DNA of 64,000 bases from Octopus vulgaris (taxonomy: Eukaryota), in contig OX597828.1 of assembly GCA_951406725.2 (NCBI GenBank), forward strand, positions 71,982,001-72,046,000. The letters are read 5' to 3'. The translations under genes were made by a program, and so were the position numbers. Under the pieces are notes generated by a model. It saw only the letters and a program-made list of their open reading frames with translations, searched no databases and was not told the origin of the DNA. The first letter of the stretch is position 1. Each line of letters begins with the position of its first letter. Positions 38,945-53,868 of the stretch are shown here, piece after piece.

Positions 38945-40533
38945 TGTGTACAGTGCTCAGGTGCACTACAACTCATCTATGTGTGTGTGTCTTTGTGCCT
39001 ATGTTTGTCCCTCCATCACCATTTGACAATTGGTGTTGGTGAGATTATGTCCCCGTAACTTAGCGGTTCATCAGAAGAGGTCGATAGAATAAGTAACTAG
39101 GCTTACAAAAATACAAGTAATGGGGGCGATGTGTTCATCTACGACCCTTCAAGATAAAATAAGTAACTGGCTTGAAAAAAAAAACATTAGATACTGGGGT
39201 TGATCCATTTGACAAAAGATTCTTCAAGGCGGTGCCCCAGCATGGCCGCAGTCTAATGACTGGAACAAGTAAAAGATAAAAGACATATATACATCAAAAT
39301 CAAATCAAATTCAATCAAACGGAAATTGCAGTTGTGATCCCTGTGCCGGTGGCACTTAAAAAGCACCATCAGATCATGGTCGATGCCATCCCCTCTGGTC
39401 CCTGTGCCGGTGGCATGTAAAAAGCACCATCCAATCGTGGCCGATGCCAGCCCCCCCTCCCCTGTGCCAGTGGCACATAAATAAGCACCGACTACACTCT
39501 CAGGGTGGTTGGTGTTAGGAAGGGCATCCTAGAAACACTAACAGATCAGATTGGGGCCTGGTGCAGCCTCCTGGCTTCCCAGACCCCGGTCGAACTGTCC
39601 AACCTGTGCCAGCATGGAAAACGGACGCTAAACAATGGTGATGATGATGATGATAATATATTTATGTGTGTATGTGTATATATATATATATATACACATA
39701 CATATATGAAATATATTTAAGATTCTGTTGAATTCAGTACTTAAATTGAGGCACCTTGCTAGGTCGGTATAATCCACACACCCCAACAATATTATTTGAA
39801 TACTGAATATCAAGACTCCGTGCAGGGGTGTTTGTACCTGATATTCCTGCCATGTGTGCAGACAATGCAACCAAGCAAAGTGAAGGTATCCGCTCTTGGT
39901 AATTCAGACCTGTACTTTTTTATAAAGGTACTTTCTATAGTATTTCTGAAGTACAGATCCCTAGTTCGGTGAATAAAATTTAGATGAGTAACAAAGATGT
40001 ACAGGTGTCAATTCATTACGGTCGTTTCAAGTGACTCATTACATCAGTTTGAAAGAAACCATTCTCGTCAGACTTCAAAGAAGAAAGGGTAAACCATTTT
40101 TTAAACATATTTATATCAATGATGGAACTCAAAATATTTGCATTGTTTCTTTTGTCATATCTGTGGCAGAATGAGTTTAAAAAATAATGCATACTACACC
40201 AAGCCTTCTATAATTTAGAGAGTAGCAGAGGAAATAGTGGGGAATCAGGGTAAAAAAGAACAGTGACCTAGTTACTTATATTTAGAAGTCTTTATGCAGA
40301 ATGTAGTCTTCCACCATTTGCAAGGAAATCCATTGGGAGTTGTCAACTGTGTTCCAGTCGATGGTGATAAATCAATTGATGTCAGACAGTCTACGAGACT
40401 CTGACAAGAACGGATTCTTTCAAATGCTTTCATTAATCAATTAAAGGAAATGTTTGAAACATCTGTAATGAATTGACACCTGTACATCTTTGCTACTCGT
40501 TTATACACACACACACATACACACACACACACA

Positions 40534-41823
40534 CGAGGGGTGTTCATTAAAGATTTCCCCTGACCCACTTCCCAAGGACTAGGACAAACGAAATTTGGCA
40601 CAATTATTAGTCCTTCTCTACATGGCCACCACCAATGGTGACACACTTCTCCCACTGCTTTACGCAGCTGTGAGGGCCTTGTCTGTAGAAGTCAGGAGGT
40701 TGTGTCTAGAACCAAGACTTTATCTTGGAAATAAGTTCATCATCATCCAAAAAGTGCTTCCCCTTCAAAAAAGGACTTCATGGTTGGAAAGAGGTGGAAG
40801 TCAGATGGTGTGGGGTTGGGAAAGTAAAGGGGATGAGGAAGGGTTTCATAGCCACAGGTGTGTGCTTTCATCTGTGTAACATACGCATTGTGAACTGGGG
40901 TGTTGTCTTGGGAGAGGCGGACTCCTTTGGTCAGTATGCCACACCTCTCTGCTTTGATGGTATCCCACAATTTTTGCAGCAGAGAAGCATAATATGCCCC
41001 ATTAATTGTGGTGCCCTTTGCCTGAAAAACCATCAACACTAGTCCCAAGAGGCTGTGAGCATCACCTTGCCTGCTGAGGGTTGGACACGAGACTTCTTTG
41101 GAGGTGGTGAGTTCTCATGCTTCCAGTGCTTCGACTGGACTTTAGTCTCGGGATCAAAGTGATGGACCCATGTTTCATCCTGTGTGATAAGTCTGCCACA
41201 AAATTCCTTCTTGTTTTCTTGGCACATTGCTAAAAGAGCCTGGAAGCAACTGACACATTCCTGTTTCTGAAAAGGTGTGAGCACCTGGGGAATCCATCAT
41301 GCAGACAACTTCTGCATATGCAAATGATCGTGAATGATTTTTTTTTCCATGGACCCTACACTTATCTTCACTTCTTGGACTAGCTTCTGAATAGTTATGC
41401 AGTGATCCTCTAAAATGGCAATTTCCACTTTATGGATGGTGTCATCATTCAATGGTGGAATGTGGTCGTCCAGGAACAGAGCAGTTTCCACCAATGTTCG
41501 ACCACATTTGAATTGGTGATGCCAGTGCTTGACTACATCATATGATGGTGCATCATCACCATAAACTTCTTTCATCTCATCGAAAGTCTCTTTTGGTGTG
41601 CGACCTTTCAAGTATAAGAACCTGATTACTGATCTGTATTCAACTGCCTCCATTAGGACCTCCATTAGTCCACTTCTGCAGCCGTAAAAGACAGCTGAAT
41701 ACTAGTGGAGAGCTGCAATTCACAATGTGACATTTAGAGACATGTATGGTTGTACCTATACAAGTTCCGTTTCTTGCAATAGCCGGAAGTAGGTCAGGGG
41801 AAATTTTTAATGAACACCCCTCA
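40534..41823 (-). mobile_element. Full-length (1290 bp) mariner transposon relic with a frameshifted DD34D-type transposase
   Basis: TIRs cgaggggtgttcattaaagatttcccctgacc / ggtcaggggaaatttttaatgaacacccctca; HTH region (YRSVIRFLYLKG..YGDDAPSYDVVKHW), ITQDETWVHHFDPE, QDNTPVH, HPLYFPNPTPSDFHLF. Confidence 0.92.
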
Positions 41824-41884
41824 TGTATGTATAATGTGTATATATATTGGATCAGGTAATGAAGGTCACAGAGAAGGTCATAGC

Positions 41885-42685
41885 CCATCTCATCAGGGAG
41901 AGAGTCTGCTTAGATGAGATGCAGTTCGGTTTTGTGCCACTGATGTCATATTCATGGTTCGACAACTGCAGGAGAAATACCCAGCCAAAGATAAACCCCT
42001 ATACTTAGCTTTTGTGGACTTGGAGAAAGCCTTTGACAGGGTCCCTCAATCCCTTATCTGGTGAGTGATGCGGAAACTGGGGATTGACAGATGGTTAATA
42101 AGGGCTGTACAGGCCCTTTACAGAGAGGCTGTTTGTAAGGTTAGAATTGGCAATGAGTACAGTGAAGAATTCTGGGTAGAAGTTGGCGTCCACCAAGGCT
42201 CAGCCCTCAGCCCCCTTCTATTCATCATAGTCCTCCAGGCAATAACAGAGGAATTTAAGACGGGTTGTCCCTGGGAGCTCCTCTATGCTGATGACCTAGC
42301 CCTCGTAGCAGAATCACTAACGGAACTAGAGAAGAAATTTCATGTGTGGAAGCTAGGTTTAGAATCAAAAGGCCTTAGAGTCAATGTAGCAAAGACCAAA
42401 GTTCTAGTAAGTAGGAAGGCAAACTCACCACACACCCCTTCAGGTAGGTGGCCCAGCTCGATCTGTAGAAAAGGTGTAGGTAGAAACTCCATAAGATGTA
42501 CCCAGTGTAAGCTATGGACACATAAGAGGTGCAGTAATATCAAAGGAAAATTAACTGAGAGCTTTCATGTGTAGCAGATGCACAGGGGCAACAGACATCA
42601 TTGATACTCAGAAAACAGATTCCATTACACTCCTGGGGGAGAAACTAGAAGTAGTTGATAGTTTCTGCTACCCAGGTGACCAACA
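41885..42685 (+). mobile_element. RTE-clade LINE internal RT fragment
   Basis: FVDLEKAFDRVP, GVHQGSALSPLLF, LLYADDLAL and CTQCKLWTHKRC; truncated at both ends. Confidence 0.85.
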
Positions 42686-44419
42686 TGCCACACAATGGGA
42701 CTGAACCTGGAACCATGTGGTTGAAAAGTAAGCTTCTTACCACCCGGCCATATTTTTATTCTGAATTATCTAAAATGTTATACTTGCCTGTATTTTCAAC
42801 CGAACACTAAGCAGTGTGCGTGCGTGCGTGCGTGTGTGTGTGTGTGTGTGTGTGAGTGTGAGTGTGTGTACATGTGTGTGTTTGTGTGTGTATGTGTGTG
42901 TGCGTGTGTTTCTGTATATGTGCATGCATGTGTGTGTATATATGTTTGTTTGTGTGTGTGTGCATGTTTGTTTGTGTGTGCATGTGTGTGTGTGTGTGTG
43001 TGTTTGTGTGCATGTGTGTGCTTGTTTATATGTGTGTGTGTATGTATGTGTGTGTGTGTTTCTGTGCATGTGTGTGTGTGTTTCTGTGCATGTGTGTGCT
43101 TGTTTGTATGTGCGTGTATGTGTGTGCGTGCATGTGTGTGCATGTGTGTGTGTATGTGTGTGTGCATGTGTGTGTGTGTGTTTGTGTGTGTGTGTATGTG
43201 TGTGTGCATGTGTATGTATGTTTGTTTGTATGTGTGTGTGTGTATGTGTGTGTGTATGTGTGAGTGTGTGTGTGTAAGAGGTTGTTTATTATAAAATATG
43301 TAATATGGTAATAGAGTTTTTTTTTTTCTGTCTAGAGTATAGCTATTTGAGATAAAATCATTAATGTATCCCTAGATAGCCATAGCCAAGAGACCTGATG
43401 CAACACAAGTTTCTGCAAACTGAAAAATATATTCTTCATTCGAAATGTCATTTGTAACTATTTGTTATTGTTTAGCACAATGTCAGTTCTTGACCGAAGG
43501 CGTTCCAGCCATGACCACCCCGTCTTTCTTGCACATCTAGGACCGACTACTCTAACCAACATGTCCGACGCGATCATTTGTGTTATTCCTTTCCAAGACT
43601 ACAATCGAGAGAATTTGGCTGTTATTTCTAGCAGCCCAAATTCCCCTCCTTGGTTTATGCATTTCTCAAAGTTTCCACACAACAGACTGACAAACTAAAT
43701 AATTGTTCTACTGCTCATTAACAATAAAATAAAAAAAAAAAACCTATTTATAAATTAGTTTTTGTCGTTATATTCCACTCAAAACATACGTTAAATTCCA
43801 GTCATTTTTATATTTGTCTGTGTCTGCAAATAGTTCTGAGATTCTAATAGTTTCTGTAAAAGACTTTTGTTTTGAGGTTTTCATGTATTATTCCATATTC
43901 GGTCGACAATTCCTATTCAGTTGACAATTAAAATGCTTGTTTTGTTTCCTGATACTGTTTACCATATTTGGTTAATCCTATTGATACAAACCCGCCTGAG
44001 ACCAACTCTGGTCCTATGATAAAAACTTTCCGTTTTATGAAGATCTAAATTAAAACCTTATATCAAAATTTCCATCAAAATTTCATGTTAATTCATTTTT
44101 GCAAAAACCAGCTTAATAAGGACTAATGTTATTTTGCTAAAACCTTCACCATTTTCAAACCATTTTCATAGTTTTTGACTCTAAAAGAGATGAAAGACAA
44201 AGTTTATCCTAGCCAGATTTGAACTCAGATCTGAAAGATCTGGAACAAATACTTCAAGGCTTCCTATCCAACATTAGTACAAGTCTGCTAATTTGGCGCC
44301 TAAACTACTGGTCTAACTTTTTTGCTACCATATATCTCTTGCAGTGCACTGCTTTCGTTTCGATTCAGTTTGAAGATTTTAGTAAAACAACATTAGAGAG
44401 TTTGCTAGCTGGGATAGAG

Positions 44420-44740
44420 AAAGCAGGAGACTTTGGTATCAGGGATAGGAAAAAAAAGAAAGTCACTTTGGTAACAGGGGTAACAAGGACAGAAAAAGAA
44501 ACTTTGGTATCAAGAACAGGGAGAGGCACTATAATGTGAGGGTTAGACAAAAGGACCCTGGTTATAGGGATAGAGTAAAAGAAAAGATACTTTGATGTCA
44601 AAAACAGAAAAAGAAACTTTGGTATCTAGAATAGAGAAAGACACTGTGATATGAGGGAAAAGGGAAGATACTTTGGTTTGAGGGTTAGAGTGAAAAAAGT
44701 GAGAGTTTGGAGACTTTGGTATCAAGGATAAAAAGAACAA
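44420..44740. repeat. Degenerate ~30-bp tandem repeat (gactttggtatcagggatag(a/g)aaa)
   Basis: Recurrent actttggtatc cores. Confidence 0.7.
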
Positions 44741-45134
44741 AATATTTTGCTGTCATAGATAAATTTTGAAGTTGAAAGTTTTAATTTCCTTTTATAAGTA
44801 CCAGTTATATACTTGGCTATTGATCTCCAATATAATGTTGAATTTAAAAGATGACCATGAACTAGTAGAGTGGTCGTATTTGACCAGACCTGGCTGGAAT
44901 TAATTGATACTGTCTCTGACTGACTGGAGCTGGCCAGAATTGACTGAAACTGGTTTGAATTGACTGGAGCTAACTGGAATTAACCAGAATGGACTGGAAC
45001 AGACTTGAACAAAACAACAAATATTTATCATTTTTGAAATTAAAGACAATTTAGTCCAGTTTTGGCAAGATATAAATATTTCACCAATCATTACTGGTCG
45101 ATGGTTGTCTAACTCTCTCTCTCTCTCACACACA

Positions 45135-45179
<45 letters not shown>

Positions 45180-45304
45180 TATATTTATATGTATGTATGC
45201 ATCTATCATCTATCTATCTATATATATATATATTTATATGTATGTATGCATCTATCTATCCATCTATCTATCTATATATATATATATTTATATGTATGTA
45301 TGCA

Positions 45305-45359
<55 letters not shown>

Positions 45360-45397
45360 CTAGCACTAGAGTTAACCACTTAACGGTAACTCTCTTA

Positions 45398-45499
<102 letters not shown>

Positions 45500-45579
45500 T
45501 ATATATATTTATTTTTGTACGTATATATTGATATATATATATATATATTGATATATATGCATATGTATATATTATATAC

Positions 45580-45629
<50 letters not shown>

Positions 45630-45678
45630 TGTATAGTCATCATTAATTGTAGCTGTATGTGCTTTAAGCACATATATT

Positions 45679-45951
45679 GCTAGAAATAAGAGTAAAACCA
45701 CTTATAGCTGCCTGAAAGCACATTTATATATACCGACAGGGGAGACAACTGCCTCATGAGGTAAGCAAAGCTGGAACAATGGACTGCACAGTTTCTATCC
45801 TATTGGCAATTGTCAACAGTGTGTCCATAAGGACAAAACTGTGCAGTCCATTGTTCTAGCTTTGCTTTGCTCATGAGGCAGTTGTTTCCCCTGTCAGTAT
45901 ATATAAATGTGCTTTTATGCAGCTATAAGTGGTTTAACTCTTACTTCTAGC
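45679..45951. repeat. Imperfect ~270-bp fold-back (inverted repeat) next to (TA)n
   Basis: gctagaaataagagtaaaaccacttatagctgc... mirrors ...gcagctataagtggtttaactcttacttctagc. Confidence 0.85.
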
Positions 45952-48149
45952 TCACACACACGTGTGTGAGTGTGTCTGTGTTTGTATTTGTCCCCCGCCA
46001 CTATTTGACAAGCAGTGTTGGTATGTTCACATCCCTGTAACTTAGAAGTTCAACAAAAAATGACTGACAGAGTAAGTACAAGGCTTGATAAAATAAAATA
46101 AGTACTGACGTTAATGTGTTTGACCAAACTCTTCAAGGCAGTACTCCAGCATGGCTACACACTAATGGCTGAAACATGTAAATGAGAGAGTGCCAAAGCC
46201 AGGATATATACTAACGTCAGTAATGATAGCCACTACTTCATTATGGTAGCAGCTATTAAAACTACTCTGCCTTCATTCTCTCATAATACTACCTCTCTAC
46301 TAACCTCCATTACATCTCTGCTGTCACCGTAAAACTACCACTATAGCACTCCAAACACACCACCACATTACTATAACCACAACCAAGCCATCCATTGCAC
46401 AGCATCCACCAAAGACAGAAATACTGTTTAGTGTCTATGAGACAGTGTGATGTGGTGTGGTGTGGTATGGTTTATGTGGTGTGATGGTTATAATGCTGAT
46501 GGGTCAATGAGCCAATGTGGATCCCTCAGCACAGCTAAATCTCCCTCAAATCACATCCTTTGTATTACAAAATAGAAGGACACACTGAACAATGGAGTTT
46601 TAGTATTTTAGCTTAATGCACTGGGTGGCCACCTTCCTCCAATGGATTGGTTGGTTGCCACTTGTAATGAGACCTAGAATTGAAACATTGCAATCCTGAT
46701 AGCTGGGTCCAATCCAAACTTGAGTCAGGTGACATGCCATTATTACTTGCAGAAGTATCACACCATATCTCAGAACATTATCAAAATTTCTAGAGGTTCC
46801 TGTGTTTTCCATAATATAAGAGTGAAAGTCTGCCAGAATCAGTGTGGAGGTTGAGAAACCACCTGAGAACACTTACCTTCACCAAAAGCAAACGAGAACA
46901 TGGTCCTTCAAAGCAGCGGGGCAACTAGGTTTTACATCTAGTTTTCCTTTGCTGAAATTCAGCCCAGAGTCAAAAGGACTTCATCAATAATAACCATCAA
47001 ACGTTATTACTGCCTCTCAAGTAATAACTAACCATTTCTGTTTGTAATTTAAGTAAAGTTAAGTTTGACTCCAGTGTCCTACGCTACACTACTGGGGACC
47101 GTTGCTCCAGTCCACCCATCTTGCAAAAACCAGAAGTACCTTCAATTCAAAATGGCCAACCTTGTTGCACTCTGTGTCATGCTGAAAAAGCCTGAGGATT
47201 ATGTTCAGCCACTTGCATGTTAACTTCATGAGCTGGCTGTTCCATTGATCAGATCAACTGGAACCCTCATTGTCATAACTGACGGAGAACCAGTTGTTTA
47301 ATTATGCCTGGGGGTGGGGGAACTCCGAGAGCCCCCTACACACACCCCACATTACCTGTTTTTTTGTTTTGCATAACTTTTGAAAGGAAGCAAATTTCTC
47401 TCTGAAATTTGGTGACTTTTCCTAAAATTTATCTTTTTAAATACTCATGTAACTGATTTTCAAAGAAAATATTCCACGTTGCCATGGAAACAGCAGGAGT
47501 TGAACAGGTGGTATAAAACAATGACATTTCATTGATTTTTCTGGTTACAAAATTTGATTATACAGCTTTTGTAACTGAAACAACAGCAAAGTTTTGGCTG
47601 TGGAAAACTGTTTGTCTGTTAATGATAAATATTCCTGCCAAGTTCCATTATCATAGCATAAGACTTTCTTGAAAAACATTGGCAAATAAAAAAGCAAAAG
47701 TTTTTTTTAAAAAATAGATAAGTTTGACAACGTCATCATAAAAATGCTGACATCACTGATGTTTTAAAAAGTACCACAAAATTTTATTTTCCTATGCAGT
47801 ATCTATGTCCCTGCAGAGTTTCGTGGACATAGTCTTTGTGGTTCTAGAGAAATTTTTAAAGACTATAAAATTGCTAAATTTTAACACATCTGGGCACAAT
47901 TGGTGACGTCAATTGAAAAACGCTGACGTCAGCAACTTGTTTGTGATGAAGAAATGTTTGCCTATGAACGGTCGATACTAAGTTTCATTGTCATGGTGCG
48001 AATGGTTCAGGAAAGGAGTGGGGGGGGCGTTCTCAGAGCCCTCCTCCCCACTAGGCTTATGGAGTCCCTAAAATTCCCACGGCTAATAACAAATACATTA
48101 ATTTTAACTATGCAATCATTTGGTTTGTTATGGAACAACACAGTGAATC

Positions 48150-48181
<32 letters not shown>

Positions 48182-48756
48182 CCACCATCATCATCATCAT
48201 TTAGTGCCTGTTTGCCATGCTGGTTTAGTTTAGCCTGGTACTGATAAGCCAGAGAGCTATACCAGGCTCTTGACTGATTTCGGCTTGGTTTCTACAGCTG
48301 GATGCCCTTCCTAATGCCAACCACTCTAGGTGTCACCATCATGGGTGCTTTTTACGTGTCCCTAGCACTGCCCATTCCATTCCATGTCTGTTCCATTCCT
48401 TGAACTGTTCGCTGCCAAAGGGTCTTAGACCGGCCCCTTTTACACCTGCTCACAGGTGGTATCCAAGTCATGGCTGTTTTCCAGTGATGTTGATCATCTA
48501 CATTAGTGTTTCCCTACCATTTCTTACTCATGGACCCCTTTTATACCTATTTTACACGAGTGGACCCTCATAAACATTTGATGTTAATAATAGACTAATA
48601 ATTAATAACATCGCCAATCAAATTAACTGAAAAATTTCAATAAACATTCTCTGCTCAACTTGGTCCTCTGTTGTGTTGCCTCTGACCCCTGACCCCTGTT
48701 GTGTTGCTCCCTGACCCCTGAAGTTGCTGGGGAAATTGATAAAGGAGGGTTGAACA

Positions 48757-49708
48757 CAGCAGTTCCCAACCAATTTTTTCTACCTATGGACCCCTTTGAT
48801 TCCTGTTTTATACAGGTGGACCCTCATAGCTGTTCAATGTTTAACCCTTTGGCTTTCAACTGGCCATATCTGGCCAAAATAATCTCCCTGTTTTATCTTC
48901 AAACTGGCCATATCTGGCTTCTCACACCTATCCTGCAATGTCATTCTAAAAATAAACAATCCCATCATTGAAATCTCAAAACTACGAGATAATGCATGAG
49001 TAATTCAATGTGATAAAGTAAGCATTACATCTGACGGAGAAATCTGGATGCTAAAGGATTAAGAAAAAATCCCAATGTATTTATAGAATTAAATCATCAT
49101 CATCATTTAACGTCCGCTTTCCATGCTAGCATGGGTTGGACGAATGACTGAGGGCTGGCGAACCAGATGGCTGCACCAGGCTTCAATCTTGATTTGGCAG
49201 AGTCTCTACAGCTGGATGCTCTTCCTATTATTAAAAATTATTCTTTCATTTGTTTCAGTCATTTGACTGAGGCCATGCTGGAGTACTGCCTTTTAGTTGA
49301 ACAAATTGACCCCAGGACTTATTCTTTCTAAGCCTAGTACTTATTCTATTGGTCTCTTTTGCTGAACCACTAAGTTATGGGGCCAAACACACACACACAA
49401 ACACACATGCACATACAAACACACACACACACCACAGGCTTCTTTCAGTTTCCATCGACCAAATCCACTCACAGGGCTTTGGTCGGCCCAAGGCTATAGT
49501 AGAAGACACTTGCCCAAGGTGCTGTGCAGTGGGACTGAACCCGGAACCATGTGGTTGGTAAGCAAGCTTCTTACCACACAGCCACTCAAAAAATGTTAAA
49601 ATATTTTGTATGTTGTAGAAGCATAACTAATTAATTGCTCATAAATTTTCATGACAAACTCTTGTATGGCCCCCTAAGGGTCATATGGACCCCAGCTGAG
49701 AACCCCTG
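48757..49708. mobile_element. hAT-like non-autonomous element with nested MITE and SINE insertions
   Basis: cagcagttcccaacc / gctgagaacccctg termini; subterminal ggacccc motifs as in 12870-13921. Confidence 0.5.
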
Positions 49709-50775
49709 GGTTAGACAGAGAATGGGGCCAGCCAGGCAGCATCGACATTCTGCCATAATCTCTAACAATAGTTGTGACCTTGCTCTTCTCAGAATCTCTT
49801 CACTCGTGAAATGGTGCCTCTAGTTGACCCTGAAGATCTTTCTGAGGCACCTTATTGGGCTTTTCTTGAGAATGGTATGTAGAGAACTGGGCAAACATCC
49901 ATTCCAGACCAAGATGTTTAGGGAGCTTGGCAAATAGCCATTCTTCGCTTCTTTTATCTTTTAACTTGCTTCATTAATTTGACTATGGCCATGATGGAGC
50001 ACTGCCTTAAAGGGTTTTTAGTCAAACAAATCGACCCCAGGACTTATTCTTTGCAAGACTAGCACTTATTTTATTGGTCTCGTTAATAGTCTATTGGTCT
50101 CTGCTAAGTTGCAGGGATGTAAACACACCAACATCGGTTGTCAAGAGATGGTGAGGGGACAGACACAAAGACACACACATACATACATACATACATACAT
50201 ACATACAACAGGCTTCTTTCAGTTTCTATTTACCAAATCCACTCACAAGGCTTTGCTTGGCCTGAAGCCATAGTAGAAGACACTTACCCAAGGTTCCATG
50301 CAGAGGGACTGAACTCGGAACCATGTGGTTGAGAAGCAAGCTTCTTACCACACAGTCACGCCAGTGTTTAGAGCGCTCGGCAAAGAGCCATTTTAGATAA
50401 TGGCGTTTAGTGATCTAAGCAAACACTAACAGAAGGAAATTTGGGCAAATTGGAAGAAAGGCGTCTGACTCCTTTTTGCAGTTGGGGATGGTCACGGATT
50501 ATCGTAAAAGGAATTACAAATCAGTTGCCCGTCGGCCCACAGCAAGATACAAAACAATATTAGAAATGAACTGTGAGTTTAGGACGCTGAGGTACAAGGT
50601 CGCCCTATGGGGGTGAGGTGGGAGGGAGACGAATAAGTGGTGGAGATTTCCATGGAAACAACACGCAGGCCTACAGTGTATACCATTGTCTATATATACG
50701 CACTCACACAAATATATATACATTCATATACACAGATACAAACACAGTTCATGCATCAACACGCCGTCACACAGG

Positions 50776-50812
<37 letters not shown>

Positions 50813-51999
50813 TTACGCACGCGCGCACATACTCTCATATACAAGAATGTAAACACAAACAGACACACACATGCACACCCAGAGGTGTGTAGACACAGTT
50901 GCGGAAACACTTAGAAATACGCATACACACAAATGTACATACATAAACACACACATCCATACAGGAATATACACACACGCACACACACATACACAAATAC
51001 ACATACACACACACACAATGTACATACATGCAGAAACATATTCACTCATAATGAAACACACACACACACACACACATATACTGACGTGAGTAGATTTGGT
51101 AGACGGAAACTGAAAGAAGCCCGTCGTATATATGTATACATATATATGCGTGTGTGTGTGTGTGTGTGTGTTTGTCCCCCTAGCATTGCTTGACAACCGA
51201 TGCTGGTGTGTTTATGTCCCCTTTACTTAGCGGTTCGGCAAAAGAGACCGATGGAATAAGTACTGGGCTTACAAAAGTATAAGTCCCGGGGTCGAGTTGC
51301 TCGACTAAAGGCGGTGCTCCAGCATGGCCGCAGTCAAATGACTGAAATAAGTAAGATAGTAAATATACATACACACACATACACAAACGCACACACACCT
51401 ATACAGATATATACTACACATATACATATACACCGATAGATATCTACAAGTACACATGCATACAAGTATACAAAAATATACATATACGCGAGTACACATA
51501 CGTATACATACGTATACAGCATACACCCACATACACAATTATAGATACACATATATACAAACGTACACACAAACACGCGCCAACATACACTGATGTAACC
51601 AAATTTACACACACACACACAGACACTGACATGCACACGCACCGTGATATATATATATACATATACATACGTATAGGCTTACATACACAGTTATACACAA
51701 ACACATAGATATGCCACGCGCCTTAATTGGCCATGTGATTACGATAAAGTGCTTCTATTGAGAAATGTCAAAGGTCATGTCAACCCATTCATTTCCTGCC
51801 AGACGTGGTTGACGGAGAGAGGGAGGAGGGAGAGGGAGAGAGGGGGAGATGGAGAGAGATTGGAGGGAAAAAAATAAAGTCTCCAATGGAAACTGGAACA
51901 GACGATGTTTTATGATGTAGGGTTAGGGTTACCGGTGATGGTGGTGGTGGTGGTGAGTCGCGCGCAGACATACACAGACATTTCTCACTACTAGTGTTG

Positions 52000-52039
<40 letters not shown>

Positions 52040-52096
52040 CACAAGTACTTATAAAAAACACACACGTGCATATGGGCGTGTATGTCAGTATGCATG

Positions 52097-52177
<81 letters not shown>

Positions 52178-52494
52178 TTATAATATATGATAATATATAA
52201 ATATATGCATATATACATACATATATGTACATACCTACATATATATGTACATATACACATGCATATATGGATACAGGACATCAAAAAACGTTGAACACAA
52301 TGAGAAACGAAAACAAAAACAAAAACATATTCACATACAAATATATATATCATATTTGTATATATATATATATATATATTCATATTTGTGTGTGTGTATA
52401 TATATATATATATATGCAGAGAGAGAGAGAGATTTATGTATGTGTATGTGTATTTATGTTTGAGTGTATGTGTATATATATATTTCCAGTTGTG

Positions 52495-52529
<35 letters not shown>

Positions 52530-53868
52530 GTAAAAGCACGTGAACCAATAATTTGGGTGTTGAACTCAGAATTACAAGATTGTGGGTTCGATTCCGAGAC
52601 CGGGTGATGTGTCCTGTTCTTGCGCTGAAACACTTCATTTCATGTGGCCCCAGTTCACTCGTCTGTAAACGAGTGATCCCTTAAGGAGAAACGTTGCATT
52701 TATGCATAGATACACATACACATACATACAGATGCACACGAGTATCATCCCGTGTCCGCTGCCGTAACTGGGGTAGGTGATAAGGGTAAGTCCCGCGTTC
52801 CTAAACCAACCACCCCTGCACAGTGTTATAACAACGGACAGCTGTATCGGGGTCGGCGCTCGGCTGGAGACCCGAAGACTCGATTCACACGGACCAAGTG
52901 CAGGAATAGATCCGACGACCCAGAGCATGTAGCTGCTGCTAGCCGTACCATTTGGTAACGGTTGGGTGGGCTTGGAATATTTGTTCATTGGAAGTGGAGA
53001 AGACAATGGAACGGTGACAAGAGAGAACCGGGAGAGGTGCAACCATGGTTACCAGGGTCGCCACTTCCACCATCATATAGTTCTGCCCCACCCTAACCTC
53101 TACAACAGAGACTTGTGGGTCACGTATGGTAGCGATCCCCAACCTGTTTTTGTTCCATGGATAATTTTCCCCCCTGACCGGGGGATCACATACATAACAA
53201 ACCGCAGTCAAATGCATAATATATGATTCAATTATTAATATCGAATACATATGGCGGTGCCCCAGCATGGCCACAGCTCGTGAGCTGAAACTAGATAAAA
53301 TTTAAAAAATTTAAAAAATTCCCCCCTGTGAGCAATAAAGAAATAAATATCGAATGCATATAAAGGTGACGGACTGGCAGAGTCGTTACCGCGCCGGACA
53401 AAATGTTTAGCGGCATTTCGTCCGTTCTTTTTCCATTCTGAGTTCAAACGCCGCCTGTATTGGCTTTGTCTTTCATGCTTTCGGAGTCGATAGAATGAGT
53501 GCCAGTTGAGAAGTGGGATCGATGGAATCGCCTTACCCACCTCCTCCGAAACTACTGGCCTCGTGCCAAAATTTGAAGTCAATATATGATACATACACAA
53601 TACAATGCAACAGAAGAAAATTGAAAAAGAAAAACTGCGGACTGCGATGGTCAATGAAATAGAAATAGAATTCACCAACTTATTCTTTATATGCGGCCCG
53701 GTGCCAAATGATCCATGGCCCGGGGGCCAGACAAGGAGAGACAAGGCACCAAAGATTTCAACATTAAAAGTAAAGGGCTTCGTTATCGGATTTTGGTGAG
53801 TCATTGAAAGGAATGAGAAGGATGAGAAGCGCGTGCGTATATGCGGTGTGTGTGTATGATCGTATATA

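Noticed and set aside
47300-48090. Possible decayed non-autonomous DNA element (gctgacgtcagc motifs, G/C-rich ends)
   Set aside because: TIRs and TSD are too degenerate to define boundaries or family.
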